Of a stretch of 64,000 nt of DNA, positions 12,562 to 22,331 are shown in pieces. How positions within the stretch are numbered: position 1 is the first letter of the stretch; every line of letters starts with the position of its first letter. The position numbers were made by a program, and so were the translations under genes. The notes below the pieces were generated by a model that saw nothing but the letters and a program-made list of their open reading frames with translations, had not been told where the DNA came from and made no database searches. The stretch is from positions 8,440,655-8,504,654 of the forward strand of contig NC_134033.1 of NCBI RefSeq assembly GCF_964204645.1, written 5' to 3'. Source of the DNA: Tubulanus polymorphus. Its lineage: Eukaryota; Animalia; Nemertea.

Positions 12562-13987
12562 ATGACAGAAAATATTCCATTAGATGATGTGGATACTTTA
12601 GATGACCCCGTGGATACTTTAGATGACCCCTCTGATATAAGCGATGATTCACAACCTAAAATTAGTGAAACAAGTTTTAATGATCCAGAATATAATTCTA
12701 ATTTAGCAAGACCTGATACTAATGAATATGTTAATAAAGCACGTTCAACATTGGATATTGAAAATGAAAATCCAGGTTTATTAAAAATGGAATTAGAATA
12801 TGAAGAATTAACTGAAAAATTTAAACCAATATTAAAAAATTCTGGTTTCAATATAACTAATAAAGGTATGAATTATTTAGTAAAAGATTTGAAATATTTA
12901 AATGGTGATTATTATTGGCATTTGAAAGATGACTATTATTTTAAGATATCTTCTAATAAAAGTCTCGATAAAATAATAACAAAACCAACTTTAATTAAAT
13001 TAGAACAATCTAGAATTAAGAAAATCAATAATGATGTTATAACTGATGTTACAGAAGAAGAGATAACTCTTAATAGAATAGAATTTAAACGAAGAAATGA
13101 TGATTTTTTGAAGATAATAAATGAAAATTTAGAACCAGAAACAATTCCTAAAGAAGTTATTAATTCTAAAACTAGTAAACTTAAATCAACCGAAGTTCAA
13201 ACTGAAAAACTTTTACAAAATGGGTTACTTGATGCAACAGATCAAGAATTAGAAGATTTAAATATATTTTCTGATGAAGCAATTAGAGAAATTATTAGTA
13301 TAAGAAATGAAGCTGATAAAATTGCACATAATAAAAGTATAAGAGATATTAAAATTATATTTTAGAAAAAGAATTGACTAATGCAAATGAAGAAATAGAA
13401 CAATTAAAGTCTGATTTAGAACGACAAGTAATTGATAAAATAGAATATAGGCAAAAGAATTACGTTTAGAAAAAGAAATTGATAATTTAAAAGATAATTT
13501 AGAAGTACAGAAAGGTGAAAGAGATATATTATTAAAAGAATTTAGAAATAATTTTAAAAGGTTAAAAGATGTTTTCAAAAGATATCTAATAAAACCAAAT
13601 TCTAAAATATCATTGAAAGATAGAATAAGATTATTATTTAAATTAGACGGTATAACAATTCTTTCAATTCTAACAGCTGTAACTATGGTATTTACAACAA
13701 TAGGTTTAGCTATATCAAATTCATTGAAATGTACTCCTACTCCAAATAAACCGGATAAACCCCCAAATGATAATAATTCTATACAAGATAAAGTTAAGGA
13801 TGGTTTGAAAAAATTAGCAAAATATTTATGGGAACTATCTAAAAAATCTGCTGCAGCTTTACCCGGAGTTATTGCATCAATTGTTGGTTTTGTTTTTAAA
13901 TCTGCAGGGAATATTCTTAACTTTGCTGCTGAACATATTATTTTATTTTTAATTACAGTTGTAAGTGAAATTATTTTTGTTAAATAA
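12562..13987 (+). pseudogene. Large acidic/coiled-coil Polinton protein with C-terminal hydrophobic segments
   Basis: Ortholog at 34917-36381; frameshifted. Confidence 0.7.
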
Positions 13988-14735
13988 ATGAGTGGGAGTT
14001 ATATAAGTCCTTCTAAGAATTCTAGAATATCTAATGCTATTAAAGCAGAAAGATCACATCATATAATTACTCATAATCCTTCAAATATTAATCCCGATGA
14101 AACTTTATATGTTAGAATCCCTAGATTAACACAAAATACTTTTTATGTTCCAAATAGTATTTATTTATCAGCTGATATAAAAGTAACCGGGTAATAATAA
14201 TAATTATGTTGTTGATAATGTTGGAAGATATTTGATTAAAAAATTAACTATAAAGATTGGTCCAGAAACAGTTTTCTCATTAGATGATTATAATTTATTT
14301 ATGCATTATAAAGATTTATGGTTAACTAAAGAAAATAGAAATAATATGATATTTCAAGGCATCCAATCAGAAAACCAAAATAAATTAAGATCTGAAGCTA
14401 ATAATGCAGTAGTAGCCAATGACGTAGATAGTTTGATTAAAAAGATTTATGGAAGCAAATATAAAATTCCATTAGACTTTGAATTGATAAATAATAATGC
14501 ACCTTTATATAAATACGCAATTCAAGAAGATGTCATATTCGAAATAACATTTGCTCCTGTAAATTGTATTGTCTAGCGTTGTTAAATATATGGGTTATAA
14601 ATTATCGAATATATGTTTAGAATATGATACAGTAACTGATGAAAATATTGCTAACTCAATTCAAACTCAATGCAATCAAGTATTTTCATTATTATATGAT
14701 TATATTGATAAATTTAAAACTGTAACTGTAAAACT
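13988..14735 (+). pseudogene. Major capsid protein of P1, 3'-truncated
   Basis: Matches the N-terminal half of the P2 MCP up to YIDKFKTVT, then joins the integrase. Confidence 0.8.
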
Positions 14736-15620
14736 ATGGTAAGTTATGTAGATCAACAGTGGCAAGGAGATTTAATTGATATTAAAAATGTTAAGAAAGA
14801 TAATGATGATTATTGGTGGATCTTAAACATAATTGATATTTTTTGTCGTTATGTATGGAGCTTCCCACTTTATAGAAAAGATGCTGCACAAACATCACAT
14901 GTTTTAAGAAAATTTCTTTCAGGTGGTAAACTAAAGCCAGAAAAAATTCAATTTGATGATGGAAAAGAATTTGATAATTCATCTGTTCATGGACTCTTAA
15001 ATGTTCATAATATTAAATATTTTTCAACAAAATCAGTTAAAAAAGCAGCAATTGTTGAACGATTTAATAGAACATTGAGAACAAGAATATCAAAATATTT
15101 CACAGCAAATAATACTTATAAATGGATTGATATTTTACCGAAATGGATAAATGGTTATAATAATTCTTATCATTCTTCAATTGGAATGAAACCTATTGAT
15201 GCTAGAAAACCTGAAAATGCTGAAATTGTTTGGAATAATTTATATGGGGCATTTCTTGTAGATGATTTTGGTGAACCTAAATTCAAAGTTGGTCATAATG
15301 TTAGAATTTCTAAATATAAAAAGATATTTGATAAAGGTTACGATCGAAATTTTACTAGGGAAATATATAAAATAAAAAAGGTAATAACAACAAAACCATA
15401 TGTCTATAAATTAGAAGATTTAAGTGGTGAAGAAGTTGACGGATATTTTTATGAAGAAGAATTAAGTTTAAGTACTGAAAATCTGGAACAAGAATATAAA
15501 ATTGAAAAAGTATTAAAAACAAAAACTATTAAAAGAAAAAAATATTCTTTAGTAAAATGGGTTGGATGGCCAGATAAATTTAATGAATGGATATTATCAA
15601 GTAAAATTAAAAATATATAA
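14736..15620 (+). CDS. int: Retroviral-like (rve) integrase with C-terminal chromodomain; N-terminus deleted
   Basis: WQGDLID, IDIFCRY, QFDDGKEF, VERFNRTL (DDE); YKIEKVL..YSLVKWVGWPDKFNEWI chromodomain. Confidence 0.9.
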   Translation: MVSYVDQQWQGDLIDIKNVKKDNDDYWWILNIIDIFCRYVWSFPLYRKDAAQTSHVLRKFLSGGKLKPEKIQFDDGKEFDNSSVHGLLNVHNIKYFSTKSVKKAAIVERFNRTLRTRISKYFTANNTYKWIDILPKWINGYNNSYHSSIGMKPIDARKPENAEIVWNNLYGAFLVDDFGEPKFKVGHNVRISKYKKIFDKGYDRNFTREIYKIKKVITTKPYVYKLEDLSGEEVDGYFYEEELSLSTENLEQEYKIEKVLKTKTIKRKKYSLVKWVGWPDKFNEWILSSKIKNI

Positions 15621-16247
15621 ATGAATAAGGAATTATTTATATTTGAACCTCATAATATGTTAATTTCTGGTGTAACAAATTGTGGAAAAACTTATTTTAT
15701 ACTAAATTTATTAGAAACTATTTATAAAAACTTTTTTGATAATATAGTATTATTTTGTCCAACATATGAATTTAATCAAACTTATGATAGAAATATTACT
15801 ATAAATAACAAATTTATTATATTAGATCCTTAAACAGTTAAAGACAATTTAGATAATTGTATTAAAATAACAATTGATATATATAAAGGATCTAATACAT
15901 TATTTATCATAGATGATTGTGCAAATTTACATGATTCAAAAATTAGAGAGAGTGAGTTATGCTATTTAGCTTTCTCTGGGAGACATTTTGGGATAACAAC
16001 TTGGGTTTTAAATCAAAAATATAATTCAATTGTAAAAGACTTTAGGGAGAATATAAGATTTCTAGTTTTATTCTACAATAAAGATAGGAAATCGATGAAA
16101 AATGCGCTTGAGGAAAATGATATTATTCCACATGATTTACATAATGAATATATGGATAAATTGAAAAATAATAAACGATCAAAATTACTATTTCGATTAC
16201 AACACCCATTTAAATATGAATTTATTCAAACTCAACTAGCTTGTTAG
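15621..16247 (+). pseudogene. A32-like genome-packaging ATPase of P1 (one premature stop)
   Basis: Walker A GVTNCGKT, Walker B FIIDD, GRH; stop at 15831. Confidence 0.88.
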
Positions 16248-16490
16248 TCTAGTTGAATTCTAGTTTTTGGTAGTTGGAAAAAAATCAAATAAAAACAACA
16301 ATATTTCAACTAGCTTGTTAATCTAGTTGAATTCTAGTTACATTCTAGTTGAAATCTAGTTGTTAGTAGTTGAAACAAAAATCAAATCTAATTCAACAAG
16401 AAATAAATAAAAACAACAATATTTCAACTAGCTTGTTAATCTAGTTGAATTCTAGTTACATTCTAGTTGAAATCTAGTTGAATTCTAGTT
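16232..16490. repeat. Tandem array of CTAG-core motifs (TCAACTAG / TTCTAGTTGAA)
   Basis: Three degenerate longer units, each built from ~11-bp subrepeats. Confidence 0.8.
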
Positions 16491-16522
16491 GCAACAACAC
16501 AACTAATTTGTTTGTTATGTAA

Positions 16523-17098
16523 ATGGGAGGTGAAAAGAAAATAAAATCTAAAAATGGTGATGTTCCCATTGAAAAAACTTTAGATGATTTAGGAATAACA
16601 GAAACAAAATTAACTCCAGATGATGGTGCTTTAAATAATGTTACAACAAATAATAATTATGAATATTATCTTTATTGCAAACATCAATTAGAAATATTAA
16701 TAGCATCTGGGAAATGTAAAAATTTGACTTATAATGAATTAGATACAATGAAATCAGATGGAATTATTAGATTATTTAAGATTTATGAAACCGCGAGAAC
16801 AGCTAGAATTAATGATGCGATATCAGAAAATGTAGTAAAAGGTTATAGTAAATTATGTAATTATATGCTGCCAATTCAAGATGAAAATAGATTATATGCC
16901 GATTTGAAAAATTATTATTTAGTTATGACTGAATTGAATAAATGGATTGGATATTTATCATTTCAATTAGGTGGATTTATGACATTATTATCAACTGGAG
17001 TTATAACATTTTCAAATATTGAAAGTAAAAATATTTCTATAATAAATGAGCAAGGTGGAAGATGTGAAGAAAAAACCGAGAAGTCCGAAACAAATTGA
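16523..17098 (+). CDS. Conserved Polinton hypothetical protein X
   Basis: IEKTLDDLGI and YEYYLYCKH shared with 29688-30296. Confidence 0.75.
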   Translation: MGGEKKIKSKNGDVPIEKTLDDLGITETKLTPDDGALNNVTTNNNYEYYLYCKHQLEILIASGKCKNLTYNELDTMKSDGIIRLFKIYETARTARINDAISENVVKGYSKLCNYMLPIQDENRLYADLKNYYLVMTELNKWIGYLSFQLGGFMTLLSTGVITFSNIESKNISIINEQGGRCEEKTEKSETN

Positions 17099-17386
17099 AT
17101 GGTCTCGGCAATTAGAAATTAAATCACAAGAATATAAAAAGCTGTAAAAGAAAAAATAAGTAATAAAAATGGTGAAAATATTGTTATTTCTACTCCTTCT
17201 AATAATAGAATATTTGATAAATATCTATATTTATAGCTGGATTTGTAATTGTATTCATTTTGATTGGGTGTAGTTGGTATAAGAAATCAAATAAAATTCA
17301 TTATATTAATAATTCTGAAACAACTGCTATTAAAAATGAAAATACTTCTGAAATTCCAAAATTGACAATAAAAAAAAATGGATTAA
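17046..17386 (+). pseudogene. Basic small protein Y with TM segment
   Basis: VKKKPRSPKQIEW matches VKKKPRSEKQIIW of 30289-30657. Confidence 0.65.
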
Positions 17387-17455
17387 TATTTTAGAAAAAA
17401 GCAAAAAAAATAATTTTTTTTAAATTTATTGAATATCACCATGTGGGAAATGAAA

Positions 17456-17899
17456 GTGATGAGGGGTGTCTCGTACTCTCGTACTCTGGTATGAAATGAG
17501 TTATTTCACTCACACTTTACTCACACTTTTATGTTTAAAAATCTAATTTTAATCAACTCGTTAATTACTCGTCACTTTTCTAAAATATGAGTTATTTCAC
17601 TCACACTTTACTCACATTTTTATGTTTAAAAATCTAATTATTTTACTTATATTTTTATTCGAAATCTGTTAAAATATGAATTATTTCTCACACTTTACTC
17701 ACACTTTTGTAATTAACGTATAAATGATTTTATATGTTTTATAAATGATTTTAAAATAAATGAAATTCATGCAAATAATGTTCATTTATATGAAATTATT
17801 AAGAGTAATAGGGAATTGAGGCTTTCATTCTAGAGGGAGAGAGGTTGAGTGAGCTCGACCTCCGACCTCCATATCTGAAAGCCCACTTTTCCTATTACT
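17456..17899 (-). repeat. Right TIR of P1
   Basis: Reverse complement of 1096-1521. Confidence 0.93.
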
Positions 17900-18100
17900 A
17901 ACAGACACTCATAGCAGTTGAAACCGTTAACTAGTCATATTCTCTATTTGATCGGAATTGGAACAAGAGAAAAATTAGAAAAGAAATTTATTATTATAGG
18001 CATTGCTTGCTGGGGAGACTGGTATACGAATAACTTAACTTTGGGTATATTTTTTTATATAATATTGTGACTGACTTGAATTAACTGACTTGTACTTATA

Positions 18101-18812
18101 ATGTCAATGCCGGGGGAAAATTCCGAACATGATGCTAGTCACCTCGATGGGAATAAGGTCCTCACATCTGTTACACCAATGTGGAACATGAAATTGAAAA
18201 TACGAGGTCCGAATCACCCTCTGAGCCGGCCAAACCTAGTGACCCCATCTAGGTCAAAGTACCTGCGCCTAAAACTTTCAGCGCTGGCCACAATTTTAAG
18301 GTATGCTCGAGAGATTTGACAGCTATTGTGAGCTCATGGGGATAACTGATCCATCCGTGTAGAAGAATCATCTTTTGATGTATATGGACCATGAGTCATA
18401 TCTGGCGATTAAAAACCTTTACTTGGACAAACCGACTTACGATGAATTCTCGGAAGCGATTAAAGACCGTATGTCCTTGATAAAATCGCCTGGCGATTAT
18501 AAGCTCATGATTAAGGCACGCGAGCAAAAACAGCCAGAGAACCTGGCCGACGCGCTAATGGAGCTTGCCCAAAACGCCTATCCAGACGCTGGACATACAC
18601 TACAAGACGAGCTGGCTCGTGATCAGTTTCTGACCGGGATTAATCTACCATTAACAGCTAGGGAACCGTTGTACGTTTCCCAGCCGAAGACCTTGTCAGA
18701 GGCTCTGCCCCTGGCTAGGGGTTTTGAGTCAGCTCGCCGGTTAGCTGAAAAACAAGAGTCGAGGGGGAAACGGGCGATGGTAAACGAGGCCCAGCCAAAA
18801 CCCGTCGAGTGA
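18101..18812 (+). pseudogene. gag: Gypsy A gag remnant
   Basis: REQKQPE..LMELAQNAYP..LARDQFLTG capsid-like motif. Confidence 0.7.
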
Positions 18813-19036
18813 TCTCTAGTGGTTAACACCACGGGGAGAGCACACCTCTTAATGGTCAAAGCTCTTCTCCAGAGTGCACCCCGGAATCGGAAGCAGACCT
18901 ACCAACAGACAGTGACCGAGGGCCCGCCCCATTAGTGAGAAGTGTGTAGAATGTAGATATCCATGACACTAGCCTCTATTGTTCTGCTATAGTCAATAGT
19001 GTAGGAAGAATCTCTGCGCTTCTCGACATCGCTGGT

Positions 19037-19717
19037 GTGACTATGAAGACTTCAGTCTGGGAGGCGAGTAATGTGGGTGAAGTGGGGTGCCTGAAACCAA
19101 TTGATTTTGAATTGGTTACGGCTCCCGGCAAGGACGTTAAGGTTAGGGGTTCATACATTATTGTTGTCCAGGACGCTTTTAGTAAGTGCGTGGAGGCATG
19201 GCCAGTACGGAATGAGAAGGCTCCCACTGTAGCTAGAAAAGTCGTGGACGAATGGGTGACGACGTATGGCTGCCCAGAAAGCATTCACTCGGACCGGGGA
19301 AACAACTTTGAGTACAAGGTTTTTGCAGAAGTTTGTCGACTGTTGGGTATCAGGTATAAGACACGTACCACCTCGTATCACCCAATGGAAAATAGTCAGG
19401 TGGAAAACTTAAATAAATCAATCAAGGCCATACTGACCATATCCGTGAATGAAACCAGCAATGACTGGGATACGAAGCTGTCATCTTGCCTGATGGCATT
19501 CCGTTCTAGTTTTCAGGAGTCCACTGGCGAAACCCCTTTTTACCTGACCTTTTGTTCAGAGATGGTCTTGACTCTGGATATCATGTTTGGACCACCCGAA
19601 GAACCAGTGTACACTACTAAGTATAGCCGTGATGTACACGAAAACCTTCAGGAGGCGCACCATACGGTTAGGGAGAGACTGGAGGGGGGTCTCCCAAAGC
19701 AAAGACGGTCAACTTAA
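19037..19717 (+). pseudogene. Gypsy A integrase remnant (PR/RT/RH deleted)
   Basis: VVQDAFSK, IHSDRGNNF, YHPMENSQVENLN. Confidence 0.85.
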
Positions 19718-20275
19718 ATGATATGAAGCCAGCGTTTGGCCAGCCCCCTACCAACGTTAAGAGGGGTTTCCCTGCCAGAACGGATGAAAGAACAGTAGAG
19801 CCCCAACCAGCCCACTGAGAGTGAAAGTTCAGCTTTTCAGGGAGCGATGATGAGGAGATTGTCTGGAGGCGCCCAAACGACCGGAGTGTGGCAGTACCGA
19901 CAGATAACGCTGCACCAATCGAAGCAGAGGCTGAATTCGATCCCCAGCGGGTCAGCCTGTGGAAAATGCCCAGCCGCATCCACCGGTCGACAACGGAGAT
20001 CAATTTGGTCGTCTGCGCCCGAGGAGACCATTGAAACAGCCAGCCGGATTTGGGGACTTTGTTCGTCATTGCTCGATACCGGTAGCAAGTACAGCTGTTG
20101 ATGGTGACTGTACCACCTGCTGTCAGCGATGATCCAGAATCCGGAAGAAGAATGACCTGTGGCTGAAGACAGCGGGAAAATTGCTGCGAGACAGAAAACA
20201 CCTCACTGGTTAAACTCTCTGCTCTCCAGCCAACTTAACGTTTTTCTCTGTTTTCTTCTGTTTTTAGCTACCAAA

Positions 20276-21124
20276 ATGTCTGACGTGCTCCAGTTGGATA
20301 CGTTGAACGAAGAAACCCGAGATCTGAAGAAAGCTGCTGTGCATGATGTGCGGAGATACGTACAAAGCTACACAAAGAGGACTGAGCCTGAATGGACTCC
20401 GGACTTCAGCGCTCTGGTAAGTTCTTGTGAGCGCCACTTGTACCAGCCAGGGGACATGGTTGCGGGTTCGATAGTCGATGGCATCAAGGCTTTTCTGGCA
20501 TCAGCTAAGCGCTCACGGCCATATACGTCGTTGGGACGGTTTAATCGGCTGGGTACAGAACTCAGCTGTTTGATATCCCAGCATGGGGGTACGAGTTTAC
20601 GCCTCGAAGATAAGCTGGAGAAGCTTAAACGGCAGCTTCGAGTTGGAGATCTGCAGCGTCCGATTCTCCTGTTGAGCGACTCGATATTCAAATGAGTCAA
20701 GATCAGCGATGACTTGTATGTAATCGCTCACTCAGGAGAGCGAGTTGAAGACGTAAGTCAGTTGATGAGACTGATGAGCGCCAGTTTCTCTGCTGTCGTC
20801 GTTAACCACGGGGTAAATAACGTGCGGGAATTCGGGGACACAGTCAAGGAGATATACTCCTTAGCAAACATGATACGGCGGAAGTATCCACTCGTCCCGA
20901 TCTTCCACCTTCGCGTTCCAAAGGCCCCATGTATGAGAGGCAAGCGTGAGACGGTCATCCCGATTGACCGTATCAATCTACACTTCATGAAAGCTGGGTT
21001 CAGCACCATCGAACATCCAGATCTCGCAGACCATGACTACAGAGGGATCCATTATCGACTGAAGGCAGTCAACGAAGTAGTTCATCATGTTATTGCCTCC
21101 GTCAAGAGTCATCTAGAGTCCTAA
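20276..21124 (+). pseudogene. Extra ORF in env position encoding an SGNH/GDSL hydrolase domain (one in-frame TGA at 20693)
   Basis: LLLSDSI, HSG, NHGVNN and DYRGIH blocks; ORFs 20159 and 20714 share a frame; upstream polypyrimidine-AG acceptor. Confidence 0.65.
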
Positions 21125-21610
21125 ATTTTGGACACCTCACTACGGTCAATACCCACTCTACGAAACCTGGCCTTTTGACTCATGCATCCCTGCCTCAGTC
21201 CTGGTTCTGTGTATTAGAACTTTTTCTGCTGGCCTCTTACTATTACTTTTTCAGCGCTACTGGAATCATCATACATCATAGACCATCACTTGTATATAGA
21301 CCGCAAGTACTGACACGTGAGTAGGTGTGGGGATGGCGGTGCCAACACCAGATATCGGTAAATGGCCAGCCATCAACCCTGCGGCGGTGAACCCTTGTCT
21401 ACCTCTTGCTGCATATTCAGTGGAAGTGTAAATAATCATCTAAAACTCATGTGGGCACTGTGCTATAGCATCGTGTGTTATCTCTTGTAAACTTTTTGCG
21501 ATGGAAACCCTGCGCGTTGGAATTTAATGTTATCGTGTTGGACTTATAGTATTGCGAAAGTTATCTTTGGTACTGAACCGTGTTTCAGCACGCATTTTTA
21601 TGGGGAGTGG

Positions 21611-21841
21611 TGTAACGATTTGACTGCGACGTTATTATATTTTAGTACAGTGTATTCGTATTTGTAATAATAAATGTTAACGATAGGTGGCGTATCTATC
21701 GCTCTCTTGAAAAGAAACCATTGTCTTGGTGAGTTGTGTGTGCTTCTATTTGTCCCGGTTCAAGATTCTGATTGTCCCCTATTACAGCGTCGATTTACCC
21801 CGATATATCCATAAGAATACCCCAAGACGACAATTGTTACA
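21611..21841 (+). repeat. 3' LTR of Gypsy A
   Basis: Copy of 719-948, preceded by a polypurine tract. Confidence 0.9.
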
Positions 21842-22331
21842 TATTGTTTTCTTACGCTTCCGTGTCCTCTTCTCTTCCTTTGCCTTTCCTTCTTTTTATG
21901 TTACGTAACCGTACTTAAATCCTTAGGCGTGGGGTGGTAAATTCACATTTGAAGTGGTTTATCTACCTTTATTTCAGTCGCGTGGCTTCTGTCATTTGTT
22001 TCTAATGCGTAATTCTCGCATTTTTGTAGTAATTAATCATGCGGGTTCGAGTCCCGTGTTTTCATAATTTATGTGCAGCAACGAGCCTCGCTGTGGTCTT
22101 TTACCAATCACAGCCTTTGTTGTTGTGTGCGACGTTGCTGCACGTGTTTCGTTAGCCAATCGCGGAGTAGCTGGAGGTGAGAATGTGTTTTGATTTGCGT
22201 CTGAGGGAATAACAATGTGGACTAGAGGCTGTGTGCAGTTACTCCAGGTTATCTGGCCAGAATAACCACCAGTTCCAGTTCCCAGTGACACACGGCCGTA
22301 TCAACGAGATTAGTCTTTTAGTGTCTGCAAG

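Larger units (their letters stand above)
1096..17899 (+). mobile_element. Polinton/Maverick-type endogenous virus P1 (16.8 kb, degenerate)
   Basis: Ends AGTAATAGG...CCTATTACT; 6-bp TSD AACAGA (1090-1095, 17900-17905); ~430-bp TIRs; pPolB, MCP, integrase and ATPase genes. Confidence 0.96.
719..21841 (+). mobile_element. Gypsy/Ty3 LTR retrotransposon A (internally deleted, interrupted by Polinton P1)
   Basis: Paired ~230-bp LTRs (TGTAAC...GTTACA) at 719-948 and 21611-21841; PBS after the 5' LTR; purine tract TGGGGAGTGG before the 3' LTR; gag and integrase remnants; short TAT(T) duplication relative to the empty-site copy near 56170. Confidence 0.9.

Noticed and set aside
16232-16490. Possible CRISPR-like array (also 28250-28580 and 56900-57500)
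   Set aside because: Units are tandem and degenerate without unique constant-length spacers; no cas genes; eukaryotic context.
19668-21009. Several antisense or overlapping ORFs in Gypsy A, and similar shadow ORFs in the Polintons (e.g. 12528-12851, 34861-35701)
   Set aside because: Shadows of real coding frames, with no motifs of their own.
22005-22060. tRNA-like GGTTCGAGTCCC B-box (also near 56382)
   Set aside because: No convincing cloverleaf or A-box; it lies inside the putative Gypsy B LTR.
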